From an uncultured delta proteobacterium (GTDB taxonomy: Bacteria > Myxococcota_A > Polyangia > Polyangiales > Polyangiaceae), in NCBI GenBank assembly GCA_963782055.1, contig CAWAIF010000003.1, positions 1,888,001 through 1,952,000 of the forward strand: DNA of 64,000 bases, given 5' to 3'. The position numbers and the translations under genes are program-made. Below the pieces are notes generated by a model. The model saw only the letters and a program-made list of their open reading frames with translations. It searched no databases and was not told the origin of the DNA. Below are positions 1 to 10,271 of the stretch, one piece after another. Position 1 is the stretch's first letter. Every line of letters starts with the position of its first letter.

Positions 1-399
1 GGCCTGGACTCCACGTGGTCGCACGCCTTCACCGGGTACGTGGTGCAGTACCACGGCATGACCGTCTACTTCGCCGGCGACACCGCGTACTCCAGCAGCG
101 ACTTCGCCGCGACGCGGCGGCGCTTCGGGCACATCGATCTTGCGCTGTTGCCCATCGCGCCAATGCACCCACGCACCATCATGCACGCGCTGCACATGGA
201 TCCCGACGAGGCGCTCGACGCCTTCCGCGATCTGGGCGCCGCGCGCATGATCCCGATGCACTTCGACACCTTCGTCGACTCGCTCGACGAGCCCCACGAG
301 GCGCGCGACAGGCTGCAGGGACTCGTCGCGAGCCGCGACCTGGGCGATCGCGTCTCGGTGCTGGAGATCGGCCAGCAGGCGATTATCATCCCTCGGTGA
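1..399 (+). CDS. MBL-fold metallo-hydrolase (NAPE-PLD/RomA-like), 5' truncated by the window edge
   Basis: Frame open from base 1; motifs YFAGDTAY, DLALLPI, HMDPDEA and IPMHFDTF are typical of the C-terminal half of this family. Confidence 0.85.
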   Translation, partial: GLDSTWSHAFTGYVVQYHGMTVYFAGDTAYSSSDFAATRRRFGHIDLALLPIAPMHPRTIMHALHMDPDEALDAFRDLGAARMIPMHFDTFVDSLDEPHEARDRLQGLVASRDLGDRVSVLEIGQQAIIIPR

Positions 400-490
400 G
401 GCGCCTCGCCCGCCCGATGGGAGGGCCCCGACCCGGGCGCCTGGGCAAAGTTTGCGAGGAGCGGGGCCGGTCTGCGATATTGCGATTCCA

Positions 491-1795
491 ATGCCCAAGA
501 AGGGATCGGTCGCGCCGCCCAAGGCGACGAAGCAAGGAGCCAGCCAGGGGGGCATCTTCCGCGTCGGGGAGGTGCTCAGCGAGACCTTCGAGATCCGCGG
601 TCTGCTGGGCGAGGGCGGCAACGGGCAGGTCTTCGACGCGCAGGACCTCAAGCTCAACCGCCGCGTGGCGATCAAGGCCGCGTGGCCGTCGCTGGCGTCG
701 CTCGGCCCCTTGCTGCGCAAGGAGGCGCAGGCGCTGGCGGCGATCCGCCACCCCGCGCTCGTCACCGTCTACGCGATGGGCATGCACGACGGCATCGAGT
801 ACTTCGTCATGGAGCACGTGCCCGGCGTCACCCTGGAGGCGCACGTGGAGCGCCGCCGCGCCACGCGCGAGCCCATCACGCCGAAGGAGACGCTCGACAT
901 CCTCATCGCCATCGCCGAGGGCGTCGCCGCGGTGCACCGCGCGGGCATCGCCCACCGCGACATCAAGCCGTCCAACATCATGCTCGCCCCGCCCAACCGC
1001 GTCGTGCTCACCGACTTCGGCCTGGTGACTCCGGAGTTCGAGGCGGGCCGTCCGGAGCTGAGCGGCACCCCGCTGTACATGGCGCCGGAGGCCCTGCTGG
1101 GGAAGGTGAAGGCCGGGGCGGCCCACCTCGTCGACACCTACGCCCTCGGCGTCCTCGCCTTCGAGCTGGTGACGGGCAACCCGCCCTACGACGCGGAATC
1201 GCTGCGCGGGCTCACCAAGATGCACGTGGAGGCGCCCATCCCGGAGGTCGTCGGCGCCCCGCCGAAGCTGGCGGCCCTCGTCCGGGAGATGATGGCGAAG
1301 GACCCGGAGGCCCGCCCGCTGCAGCTCGAGAGCGTCGTCTGGCGTCTACGGACCATCCGGACCGGCCTCTCCGAGCGCTCCGGCTCGCGGCAGCTGGAGG
1401 TGGTCGTCGTCGACGACGACAAGGACATCGCCAAGCTCATCAAGATGTACATCCGCGCCGCCGTCCCCACGGCAGAGGTCTCCATCGCGACCGGCGCGCG
1501 GGAGGCGCTGGAGATCGTCCGCGCCAAGCCGCCGCACCTGATGATCACCGACCTCATGATGCCCGGGATGAACGGCATCGAGCTCTACATGTACCTGCGC
1601 GGCGAGAAGCTGGCGGAGCACTCCACGATCGTGGCGGTCAGCGCCGCCGCGCGCGACGCCGACGTGGAGCTGCTCTACGAGCTGGGCGTCACGCAGTTCA
1701 TCACCAAGGGGCCGGAGCTGCGCCCGCGCATCACGCAGATCGCCAGGGAGGTGAACGCGATGGTCACCGGCGAGGCGACGCCCGCCCCGCGCTGA
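491..1795 (+). CDS. Hanks-type Ser/Thr protein kinase with C-terminal receiver (REC) domain
   Basis: GEGGNGQV, VAIK, HRDIKPSN, DFG and APE motifs; C-terminal VVVVDDD...ITDLMMPGMNG...FITK receiver motifs. Confidence 0.92.
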   Translation: MPKKGSVAPPKATKQGASQGGIFRVGEVLSETFEIRGLLGEGGNGQVFDAQDLKLNRRVAIKAAWPSLASLGPLLRKEAQALAAIRHPALVTVYAMGMHDGIEYFVMEHVPGVTLEAHVERRRATREPITPKETLDILIAIAEGVAAVHRAGIAHRDIKPSNIMLAPPNRVVLTDFGLVTPEFEAGRPELSGTPLYMAPEALLGKVKAGAAHLVDTYALGVLAFELVTGNPPYDAESLRGLTKMHVEAPIPEVVGAPPKLAALVREMMAKDPEARPLQLESVVWRLRTIRTGLSERSGSRQLEVVVVDDDKDIAKLIKMYIRAAVPTAEVSIATGAREALEIVRAKPPHLMITDLMMPGMNGIELYMYLRGEKLAEHSTIVAVSAAARDADVELLYELGVTQFITKGPELRPRITQIAREVNAMVTGEATPAPR

Positions 1796-1903
1796 TCGCG
1801 CCGCTCGCGGCTCTTTGCTTCCTCCGCAAGAGGTCCACGCGAGCCTTGCAACGCCGTGCCGCGATGGTCATGTTTCCAGCGAGGGCGCGAGGGAGACATC
1901 CGC

Positions 1904-3790
1904 ATGAAAGGCAACGCTGAGGCGCTGGCCGACGCGCTCGACCGGATCACCGACGGCATCCTGGTCTACGACCCCGAGTGGCGCATCGCGTATCTCAATC
2001 GAAGCGCCGAGCGCTACTTCGACCGCTCGCGCGAGGAGCTGGTTGGCCGCCGCTTCGGCGAAGCGTTCCCGACCGCGGTGGGTACGCACACAGAGGCCAG
2101 GCTGCGGGAGGCCGCCGCGAGCCCTGCGCCCAGCGAGTTCGAGCTCTTCACCCCCGTCCGGCGCCGCTGGGTGGCCTTCCGCGCGTACCCTTCGGAGGCA
2201 GGCCTCACCGTCTACTTCCGCGACGTCACCGAGCAGAAGGTCGCCCAGGACACCCTCCGCGAGAGCGAGGCGCGGTACCGCGCGCTCTTCGAGCACAGCC
2301 TGAACGCCACGCTGCTCACCGCGCCGTCAGGCGACATCCTCGCCGCCAACCCCGCGGCGTGCCGCATGTTCGAGATGACGGAGCAGGAGATCCGCGCCGG
2401 CGGCCGCTCCCTGCTGGTGGACCTCTCCGACCCGCGCGGTGCCGCGTTCCTGGACGCGCGGCGGCGCGACGGCCACGCCCACGGCGAGGTGACGTGCCTG
2501 CGCAAGGGGCGGAGGCCCTTCCCGGCGGAGGTGTCGTCGGCCATCTTCCGTGACGCGACGGGTGCCGAGCGCACCAGCATGCTCATCCACGACCTGAGCA
2601 TCCGCAGGCGCGCGCAGGCGGCCGTCGCGTTGCTGGCGGACGCCGGCAAGCGCCTCGGCGCCTCGCTCGATCCGGAGGGCACCCTGCGCAGCCTGACCGG
2701 GCTGCTCGTGCCCCGCTTCGCCGACGCGTGTCTCGTGGACGTGATCGCCGGCGGCGTCGTGCGGCGCACCCTGCTGGCCTCCAGGGCGGCCGAGCTGCGG
2801 TCGCTCGAGGTCGACGCGACGTCGTGGAGGGAGGCCTTCGGGCGTGTGCTCGCCTCGCGCAGCGGCGAGCGGATGCCTTCGCCCGATGCGTCCTGGCTGC
2901 GCGCTGCGTCGCTGGATCCGTCGGCGCTGGGCGGCGGCCACGACAAGCCGTGCCGGCTGCTCGCCCTGCCGCTCGTCGCACGCGACCGGGTGATCGGCGT
3001 GCTCGTGCTGGCGCGGTGTCCCGAGCGGGAGGACTTCGACGCCGCCGACGTCACCCTCGGCGAGGGCATCGCCGATCGCGCGGCGATGGCCATCGAGAAC
3101 GCCGGCCTCTACGCCGCCGCCCTCGAGGCGCGGCGCGTGCGCGACGAGGTGCTGGGCATCGTCTCCCATGATCTGCGCAATCCGCTCAACGGCATCGCGC
3201 TGACCGCGCAGGTGCTCGGGCGGCGCAAGCCGGAGGACCCCGAGCCGCGCATCATCATGCGCGCCGTCGCCGTGGCCAACCAGCTCATCAACGACCTGCT
3301 GCTGGCCGCCAAGCTGGAGTCGGGCACGCTGGCGCTGAACCCCCGGCCCGAGTCGGTGCGGGCGATCCTCGACGAGGTGGTCGTTCTGGCGGGTCCGGCG
3401 GCCGAGGAGCGGTCCATCGCGCTGGACGTGTCGGTCGAGGGCGGCGTCGACGAGGCGAACCTCGACCGCCAGCGCGTGCGCCAGCTCCTCGGCAACCTGG
3501 TGTCCAACGCGCTGAAGTTCACGCCGGTGGATGGGCGCGTGGCGGTGCGGGCGCGCCGCGCCGGGGATCACCTCGAGCTCTCCGTTGCCGACACCGGTCC
3601 GGGGGTCCGCCCCGAGCAGCGCGCTCACCTCTTCGACCGCTTCTGGCAGGGCGCCCACGCGCACCGCGCGGACGCCGGTCTGGGCCTCTCCATCGCGAAG
3701 GGGATCGCCGAGGCACACGGCGGGAGCATCCGCGTCGAGAGCGAGCCGGGGCGGGGCGCCACCTTCATCGTTGCCCTCCCGATGAGCTGA
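1904..3790 (+). CDS. PAS-PAS-GAF sensor histidine kinase
   Basis: Two PAS-like repeats and a GAF region; H-box VSHDLRNPL, N-box NLVSNALKFT, DTGPG, FDRF and GLGLSIAK. Confidence 0.92.
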   Translation: MKGNAEALADALDRITDGILVYDPEWRIAYLNRSAERYFDRSREELVGRRFGEAFPTAVGTHTEARLREAAASPAPSEFELFTPVRRRWVAFRAYPSEAGLTVYFRDVTEQKVAQDTLRESEARYRALFEHSLNATLLTAPSGDILAANPAACRMFEMTEQEIRAGGRSLLVDLSDPRGAAFLDARRRDGHAHGEVTCLRKGRRPFPAEVSSAIFRDATGAERTSMLIHDLSIRRRAQAAVALLADAGKRLGASLDPEGTLRSLTGLLVPRFADACLVDVIAGGVVRRTLLASRAAELRSLEVDATSWREAFGRVLASRSGERMPSPDASWLRAASLDPSALGGGHDKPCRLLALPLVARDRVIGVLVLARCPEREDFDAADVTLGEGIADRAAMAIENAGLYAAALEARRVRDEVLGIVSHDLRNPLNGIALTAQVLGRRKPEDPEPRIIMRAVAVANQLINDLLLAAKLESGTLALNPRPESVRAILDEVVVLAGPAAEERSIALDVSVEGGVDEANLDRQRVRQLLGNLVSNALKFTPVDGRVAVRARRAGDHLELSVADTGPGVRPEQRAHLFDRFWQGAHAHRADAGLGLSIAKGIAEAHGGSIRVESEPGRGATFIVALPMS

Positions 3791-3793
3791 CGG

Positions 3794-4219
3794 TCAGTCC
3801 TCGCCGCCGCGCCGCGCCGCCTTGGTCTCGGACCGCCGCTTCTTGCCGGCCAGCCGCCGCTCCACGCTCCCGCGCGTCGGGCGCGTCGCGCGCCGGCGCT
3901 TCGGGCGGGGCAGGGCCGCCGCCACCAGGGCGCGCACCTTCCCCCGCGCGTCCTCCAGGTTCTGCCGCTGATCGCGCGTGCGCTGGCTCACCACGAGCAG
4001 GCGCCCCTCGGCGTCCAGGGACCCCGCGCACGCCGCGCGAAGCCGTGAGCGCGCCCCCTCATCCAGGCCGGTGATGCGCCCGAGGTCCACGCGCAGCTCG
4101 ACCTTGCTGGCCACCTTGTTGACGTTCTGCCCGCCCGGGCCGCTCGCCCGGACAGCGTGCACTGCCTGGGCGTCGGCGGGCACGACCACGCCTTCGCGGA
4201 CGACGATCGGCTCGGGCAT
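3794..4219 (-). CDS. arfB: Alternative ribosome-rescue peptidyl-tRNA hydrolase ArfB (YaeJ)
   Basis: [13 protein letters not shown] motif, RDQRQN and a basic C-terminal tail. Confidence 0.93.
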   Translation of the reverse strand: MPEPIVVREGVVVPADAQAVHAVRASGPGGQNVNKVASKVELRVDLGRITGLDEGARSRLRAACAGSLDAEGRLLVVSQRTRDQRQNLEDARGKVRALVAAALPRPKRRRATRPTRGSVERRLAGKKRRSETKAARRGGED

Positions 4220-4264
4220 TTACGGCGTACCTTAGCACCGCCGGCTGGGCTACTCTGCGATGCG

Positions 4265-6022
4265 ATGTACGATCTGAAGATCCGAGGAGGCACGGTGGTG
4301 GACGGCACGGGCGCGCCGGGGGTGCGCGCCGACGTGGCCGTCAAGGATGGCCGCATCGTGGAGGTGGGCCGCTGCGACGGCGCCGCCACCCGCACCGTGG
4401 ACGCCGAGGGCGCGCTGGTGACGCCCGGCTTCGTGGACCTGCACTGCCACTACGACGGCCAGGTCTCCTGGGACGCCGATCTCCTGCCCTCGTCGGCGCA
4501 CGGCGTGACGACGGTGGTGCTCGGCAACTGCGGCGTCGGCTTCGCCCCGGTGCGCGAGGCCGACCGCGACGCCCTCGTCGCGCTGATGGAGGGCGTGGAG
4601 GACATCCCCGGGTCGGCGCTCGCGGAGGGCCTGACCTGGGACTGGGAATCCTTTGCACAATACATGGATGCGCTCGATCGCCGGCCGCACGCGATCGACT
4701 ACGCGCTGCAGGTCCCGCACGACGCGCTGCGCGTGTTCGTCATGGGCGGCCGCGCCATCGCGGGCGAGGCGGCGCGCGAGGACGACGTGGCGAAGATGCG
4801 CGCCCTGCTGCGCGAGGCGCTCGAGGCGGGCGCCGCGGGCTTCAGCACCGGGCGCACCGACAACCACCGCTCGGTCACCGGTGCGGCGACGCCCTCGTCG
4901 GAGGCGACGGCGGCGGAGCTCGCCGGCATCGCGAAGGCGTTCGAGGGGCTGGGGCACGGCGTCTTGCAGGCGGTGAGCGACTTCGACATGGCCGTCGGGC
5001 CGGAGCGCTTCGACGGCGAGTTCGACGTGCTGGAGGCGATGGCGGAGGCCGCGGGCCACCCCCTCTCCATCTCGGTCATGCAGCGTGACATGGAGCCCGG
5101 CCAGTGGAAGCGCATCCTGGAGCGCATCGAGAAGGCGGACGCGCGGGGCGTGACCATGCGCGCGCAGGTGGCGGTGCGCGCCATCGGGGTGCTGCTCGGC
5201 CTGGAGGCCACCTTCCACCCCTTCATGGGCTTTCCCACCTACAAGGCCGTGGCCGACCTGCCGCTGGAAGAGCGCGTTCGCAAGCTCCGCGAGCCGGAGG
5301 TTCGGGCGCGCCTGCTCGGGGAGACGTCCGACCCGGTGGCGGGGGACGGCAGCCCCATCCCGCCGCTCGCCGACCAGCTCCTCGCGCGGCTGGAGATGGT
5401 GTCGCTGCGCCTCTTCCGCCTGGGCGCGCGGCCGGACTACGAGCCCAAGCTGGACGCCTCCATCGGCGCGGAGGCCTACGCGCGCGGCGTCTCGCACCTG
5501 GGCGCGGTGCTCGACGCCCTGCTGGAGGACGGCGGGCGCGAGCTGCTCTACTTCCCGCTCTACAACTACACCGAGATGTCGCTCGACAACGTGCGCACCA
5601 TGATGGGCCACCCGCTCGCGCTGCTGGGCCTGAGCGACGGCGGCGCGCACGTGGCGACGGTGTGCGACGCCAGCTTCCCCACCTTCCTGCTCTCGCACTG
5701 GGTGCGCGACCGGGATCACGATCGGCTGGGCATGGAGCAGGCGGTGCGGATGATGACGCGCGATCCGGCGCGTTACCTCGGCCTCGCCGATCGCGGCGTC
5801 GTCGCGCCCGGCATGCGCGCCGACCTCAACGTGCTGGACCCCGCGCAGCTCGCCCTCTCGCGGCCGCGCCTGGTGCGCGATCTGCCGGCGGGCGGGCGGC
5901 GCTTCCTGCAGGACGCCACCGGCTACCGCGCCACGGTCGCCGGCGGACACGTCATCGCCGAGGGCGGCAAGCTGACCGGCGAGCGCCCCGGCCGGCTGGT
6001 GCGCCTCGGCGGCCGCGCGTGA
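4265..6022 (+). CDS. N-acyl-D-amino-acid deacylase-family amidohydrolase
   Basis: [35 protein letters not shown] and ADLNV motifs. Confidence 0.9.
   Translation: MYDLKIRGGTVVDGTGAPGVRADVAVKDGRIVEVGRCDGAATRTVDAEGALVTPGFVDLHCHYDGQVSWDADLLPSSAHGVTTVVLGNCGVGFAPVREADRDALVALMEGVEDIPGSALAEGLTWDWESFAQYMDALDRRPHAIDYALQVPHDALRVFVMGGRAIAGEAAREDDVAKMRALLREALEAGAAGFSTGRTDNHRSVTGAATPSSEATAAELAGIAKAFEGLGHGVLQAVSDFDMAVGPERFDGEFDVLEAMAEAAGHPLSISVMQRDMEPGQWKRILERIEKADARGVTMRAQVAVRAIGVLLGLEATFHPFMGFPTYKAVADLPLEERVRKLREPEVRARLLGETSDPVAGDGSPIPPLADQLLARLEMVSLRLFRLGARPDYEPKLDASIGAEAYARGVSHLGAVLDALLEDGGRELLYFPLYNYTEMSLDNVRTMMGHPLALLGLSDGGAHVATVCDASFPTFLLSHWVRDRDHDRLGMEQAVRMMTRDPARYLGLADRGVVAPGMRADLNVLDPAQLALSRPRLVRDLPAGGRRFLQDATGYRATVAGGHVIAEGGKLTGERPGRLVRLGGRA
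4653..4664 (+). repeat. Dispersed motif TTGCANAATACA, copy 1 (TTGCACAATACA)
   Basis: Exact match inside the amidohydrolase CDS, read as TTT GCA CAA TAC, codons that are rare here. Confidence 0.8.
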
Positions 6023-6060
6023 GACTTGCACCCTGCACGGTTTCCCGTAACGATCCTCCC

Positions 6061-7026
6061 ATGAGGGCTTTCGTTGGCTGGGCAGTCGCGGCCGCGCTCG
6101 CGGTCTCGGCGTGCGGCGGCGCCACCGAGACCGATCTCTACACCCCGGGTGGCGGGGGCAGCGACGGCGGCGGCGGCGGGGGTGACGGCGGCGGCGGGGG
6201 AGACGGTGGCGGCGGGTGCGATCCCGCGCAGTGCAACCTGACCGCCCCGGCGGGCTTCACCCTGGTGGCCTACGCGCGCAACCGCGACAACGCCTGCCCG
6301 GCCGGCTGGACGACCACCAACCCGGTGTCCGACCCGACCGTCCAGGACGGCGCGTGCAGCTGCGCGTGCCAGGTGGGCGATCAGCCGGACTGCGGCACCG
6401 GGACGATCACCCGCCCGTACGACTACGGCGTCAGCGCCACGTGCGATCAGCAGGGCCTGTCGCTGACGGGCAACTCCGGCGGCTGCAGCACCACCGGCAA
6501 CTACTCCGTCGTGCTCGCCACCCACATCGAGGTGGACCCGCCGCCGCCCACCGGCGGCTCGTGCACCTTCGCCCCCACGCCCGATCTGAAGAAGGTCAGC
6601 GCCATGTCGGCGCGCCTCTGCCAGCCCGCGCCGAGCTGCTCGGGCGCGCTGTGCAAGCCGCCCGCGGGCTTCGCCGTCTGCGTCCAGGCCGACGGGGACG
6701 TGGACTGCCCCGCCGGGTTCCCCGCCAAGCACACGGTGGGCAGCGAGCCGCAGCTCGACTGCACCGGCTGCTCCTCCACCTGCGCCGTCACCGCCAAGTG
6801 CGAGGGGACGCTGAGCTTCTTCACCGACACCGCGTGCAACGACAACCAGGTGGACATGACGGCCGACGGAACCTGCGGCGCCAAGCCGTCCGGCGGCGTC
6901 TACCAGTACCGCTCGTACAGGTACACGGGCACCGCGCAGGGCGTGACGTGCGGCGGCGATCCCGGCGCCGCCAAGGCGGACGCCAGCCTCGCCAATCAGA
7001 AGACGGTCTGCTGCCGCGGGCAGTGA
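6061..7026 (+). CDS. Cys-rich secreted lipoprotein with Gly/Asp linker
   Basis: Signal peptide with lipobox (VSAC), GGGGSDGGGGGGDGG linker and more than 20 Cys. Confidence 0.8.
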   Translation: MRAFVGWAVAAALAVSACGGATETDLYTPGGGGSDGGGGGGDGGGGGDGGGGCDPAQCNLTAPAGFTLVAYARNRDNACPAGWTTTNPVSDPTVQDGACSCACQVGDQPDCGTGTITRPYDYGVSATCDQQGLSLTGNSGGCSTTGNYSVVLATHIEVDPPPPTGGSCTFAPTPDLKKVSAMSARLCQPAPSCSGALCKPPAGFAVCVQADGDVDCPAGFPAKHTVGSEPQLDCTGCSSTCAVTAKCEGTLSFFTDTACNDNQVDMTADGTCGAKPSGGVYQYRSYRYTGTAQGVTCGGDPGAAKADASLANQKTVCCRGQ

Positions 7027-7047
7027 GGGGTCGGCCGACGGCGCCGG

Positions 7048-8982
7048 TCAGCTCGGCGGCTTCTCAATCTCGTGGTTGCGGTAGGCCTGCACCAGCCGCT
7101 CCAGGCCAGCGACCTCCTCGCGCAGCTCCGCGCCGCGCGCCGTGTCCCCCACGCGGCGCGGCGGGTCGTTGCGGCGCAGCTCCTGCACCGTCGGCACGAT
7201 GTCCGCGCCGTGCTCGATGGCGAAGTCGATGGACTCGAAGTGGTGGTGTCGCGCCAGCGCGGTGCGCTCGGCGTCGATGATGAGGGTGTAGCCGTGGTCG
7301 CCGTAGGCCTCGGAGAAGGCGCCGTCGATGGTGACGGCCAGCCCGCTCCGCTTGAGCGGTGACTCGCCCTGCTCCACCTTCACCGGCACGTGCCCGTTGA
7401 CGATGAGCACCCGCTCGGGGTCCACGCCGAACTCGACGGCCATCCGCCGGCAGAACGCAGGGTCATGGATGAGGGAGAAGTAGGGGTTCTTCGTCTCCTT
7501 GTGGGTGGCCTTGTCCTCGACGAAGTACGTCTCGAAGGTGGCCATGCGGTCCTTGCCGAACATGGGGGAGCGCGCGCCGGCCCACAGGTAGTAGAGCAGG
7601 TCCACGTCGGCCTGGGCGCGATCGCGGAAGGCGCGCCGCACCGCGTTGTCGATGGCGTCGAAGAGCGCCCTGCCGCGCGCGGGCTCGCCATCCACCTGCA
7701 TGTCCAGCAAGCCGCCCTCGGCGTCGACCGGGACGCACCCGTGGAAGACCAGGTTCTCGTCGCGTGTCGTGTACGCGCACCCGCGCTCGAGCAGGTAGCG
7801 CATGTCGCGCCAGAGGGTGGGGCTGTCCAGGAAGGAGCGCTCCATCAGGCGGATGCACCGCTCCTCGGCCTCGGAGAGGCGGTAGGGGTCGCTCCAGTCT
7901 ACCGTCGGGAAGGCGCGGTCGAGCAGCGGGTAGGTGCGTCCCTCGATGGTCACGGTGCCCGCCTGCGGGTCGATCGCGCCGAGCAGGTTGCGGTGCTCCA
8001 TCGCGAAGTGGGGGTTGCGGAGGATCGTCTGGGCCTCCAGCTTGAACTGGAGGATCGCCGCGGCCTTCTGCATGCGGGCGAGGAGGAGCGGCGAGCGCAG
8101 ATCCTGCCCCTTCGAGCGGAAGCGCTCCGCCGGGTCGTCGGCGTAGGCCTCCCGCGCGAGCAGCTCCAGCGGCTCCACCGGCAGGCCGTAGCCCTCCTCG
8201 AGCTGCGCGATGCGCCCGTAGCGCAGCGAGATGCGTATCACCGTCGCGATGAGCGCCCGCTGCCCGAGGCACGCGCCCATCCACTCCACGTCGTGGTTGC
8301 CCCAGGTGACGGTGACGTTGCGCTGGTGACGGATGGCGTCGATCACGCGGTCCAGGCGGGGGCCGCGATCTCCCAGATCGCCCGCCACGATGAGCTCGTA
8401 GGACGCGAACGATCGCAGGGCGTGGGCGGCCGCGCGGAGCAGCTCCACGCCGCCGTCGTCCTCCACGTAGGGCAGCAGCAGGCCGTCGGCGTAGGCCGGG
8501 TCGCGCTCGACGTCGGGTGAGACGAGCAGCTCGGCGAAGAGCTCGGCGTAGGGCTCGGGGAAGACGCGCTGGGCGTGGCGCAGGCTGTAGCGCGCGAGCA
8601 GCACGCGCAGCAGCTCGAACTCCCGCAGCAGGGTGAGCTTCACGTACTCCTCACGCTCGGCCACGGAGCTCATGTTCGCCGAGAGCCGCTCCCACGCCTC
8701 GCGGGGGTAGTAGACGAGGTTGAGCAGCGTCGTGCGCGCGCGGTCGTCCAGCCTCCCGGCGAAGACGCGCTCCACCAGCGGCCGCAGGCTGCCCGAGCCG
8801 TTGCGCAGGATGTGCTCCAGCTTCTGGAACTCGCCGTGCACGTCGCTGACGACGTGGATGGTGCCGCGCGGGAGCGTGGCGACGGCGCGCAGGTGGGCGA
8901 TCTCCGCGAGCGCCGACTCCACCGTCGGGAAGCGGTAGCTCAGCGCGCGCAGGTATTGCGACGAAGACGCTTCGTGGTTCAT
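7048..8982 (-). CDS. fbp: Fructose-1,6-bisphosphatase class III
   Basis: LPRGTIHVVSDVHGE, GDLGDRGP, WGNHD, FHGCVP, FGKDRMATFE, NGHVPVK and IDGAFSEAY are class III FBPase motifs; 644 aa. Confidence 0.9.
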   Translation of the reverse strand: MNHEASSSQYLRALSYRFPTVESALAEIAHLRAVATLPRGTIHVVSDVHGEFQKLEHILRNGSGSLRPLVERVFAGRLDDRARTTLLNLVYYPREAWERLSANMSSVAEREEYVKLTLLREFELLRVLLARYSLRHAQRVFPEPYAELFAELLVSPDVERDPAYADGLLLPYVEDDGGVELLRAAAHALRSFASYELIVAGDLGDRGPRLDRVIDAIRHQRNVTVTWGNHDVEWMGACLGQRALIATVIRISLRYGRIAQLEEGYGLPVEPLELLAREAYADDPAERFRSKGQDLRSPLLLARMQKAAAILQFKLEAQTILRNPHFAMEHRNLLGAIDPQAGTVTIEGRTYPLLDRAFPTVDWSDPYRLSEAEERCIRLMERSFLDSPTLWRDMRYLLERGCAYTTRDENLVFHGCVPVDAEGGLLDMQVDGEPARGRALFDAIDNAVRRAFRDRAQADVDLLYYLWAGARSPMFGKDRMATFETYFVEDKATHKETKNPYFSLIHDPAFCRRMAVEFGVDPERVLIVNGHVPVKVEQGESPLKRSGLAVTIDGAFSEAYGDHGYTLIIDAERTALARHHHFESIDFAIEHGADIVPTVQELRRNDPPRRVGDTARGAELREEVAGLERLVQAYRNHEIEKPPS

Positions 8983-9025
8983 GTCGCGCCCAGGAGAAGC
9001 AACTTTCGTCCCGGACGCAAGGCTC

Positions 9026-10138
9026 TCACGCCGCCTTGCGCTCGTCCTCCACCTCCGCCCGCGTGCGCGGCAGGGCTCCCGGGTAGTTCTGCTGGACCCA
9101 GGCGATCATCTTCTCGCGCGCGTCGCATCGCAGGGTCCACTGGTCGCTGGAGTCCTTGGCGCTGACCAGCAGGCGGACCAGCATGGTGTGCTCGGTCGCG
9201 TCGGTCACGGTGACGCCGCCCGCCTTCTTGTCCCAGAGCTCGTGCGCCTCCAGGAAGCGCATGAACTCCTTGCGCATGACCTCGACAGGCACCGAGTAGT
9301 CCAGGTGCAGCTCCACGGTGCCGAGCAGCTCGTTCGCGCCGCGTGTCCAGTTCTGGAAGGGCTTGTCGATGAAGTAGTTCACCGGGACGATCAGCCGCCG
9401 CAGGTCCCAGATCTTGACCACCACGTAGGTGAGGGCGATCTCCTCGATGGTCCCCCACTCCCCCTCCACGATGACCACGTCGTCGACGCGGATGGGCTGC
9501 GCGACGGCGATCTGCACGCCCGCGAGGACTGTGGCGATGCTCCGCTGCGCGGCGAAGCCCAGGACGATGCCGGCGACGCCCGCCGAGGCGAGCAGGCCGG
9601 TCCCGATGTTGCGCACCGTCTGGAAGGTCATCAAGGCGAACGCCAACGTGACCAGGATGACGGCGAAGCCGCCGATGTTCCGCAGCCCGCGGAGCTGCGT
9701 GTAGACCGATCGCGCCTCCACCGTCTCCTCCCCGCCGGTGTCGTAGCGGCTGGTGACGTAGTCCTCGATGACGCGGAGCAGCCGCAGGCAGGTCCACCCC
9801 GCGGCGATGATGATGACCACCAGCACGGCGTGGTGGAGCGTATCGGTCTGCAGGGAGAGGAGCGGGACGACGAGCTCCACCGCGATCGCGGGCAGGAGCA
9901 GCCGCAGCGGCTTGGGCATGTGCTGGACGACCATGTCGTCCAGCACCGTCGTCGTCTTCTTGGCCCACCGCTGCGTCGCGCGCAGGATGATCCAGGCGAC
10001 GATGCGGCCGGCGACGAACGCGGCCAGCAGGAGGCCCACCGACCACGCCAGATCGCCGAGCTGGAGCCCGCGCACGGAGTGGACCGCGCCCTGAATCTTC
10101 TCGGGGACGGCCAGGGCCGCCATGGATCGCATCGTCAT
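9026..10138 (-). CDS. mscS: Small-conductance mechanosensitive channel (MscS family)
   Basis: TM helices, GLLASAGVAGIVLGFAAQ, PIRVDDVVIVEGEWGTIEEI and FQNWTR; AGGAGG RBS before the ATG at 10138. Confidence 0.9.
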   Translation of the reverse strand: MTMRSMAALAVPEKIQGAVHSVRGLQLGDLAWSVGLLLAAFVAGRIVAWIILRATQRWAKKTTTVLDDMVVQHMPKPLRLLLPAIAVELVVPLLSLQTDTLHHAVLVVIIIAAGWTCLRLLRVIEDYVTSRYDTGGEETVEARSVYTQLRGLRNIGGFAVILVTLAFALMTFQTVRNIGTGLLASAGVAGIVLGFAAQRSIATVLAGVQIAVAQPIRVDDVVIVEGEWGTIEEIALTYVVVKIWDLRRLIVPVNYFIDKPFQNWTRGANELLGTVELHLDYSVPVEVMRKEFMRFLEAHELWDKKAGGVTVTDATEHTMLVRLLVSAKDSSDQWTLRCDAREKMIAWVQQNYPGALPRTRAEVEDERKAA

Positions 10139-10165
10139 CGTGAGCCTCCTTCGGCATGCACCCTC

Positions 10166-10180
10166 GCAAACCGTGCACCG
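10166..10180 (-). promoter_or_regulatory. Possible sigma-54 (-24/-12) promoter for mscS-fbp
   Basis: Minus-strand CGGTGCACGGTTTGC has the GG-N10-GC spacing and lies just upstream of the RBS. Confidence 0.4.
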
Positions 10181-10271
10181 TGGCGCAAGCCAATCGCGGC
10201 CGCGGGTCGCGTGAGGCGCGCGCGAGACCGCCCCCGGCGAGGAGGTACGCGGAGTGCATCGTGTCGTCGCC

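Noticed and set aside
6026..6038. TTGCACCCTGCAC (and GTTGTAGCAATAC on the minus strand near 58410) as extra motif copies
   Set aside because: They match only the loose dyad or have the wrong spacing; not counted
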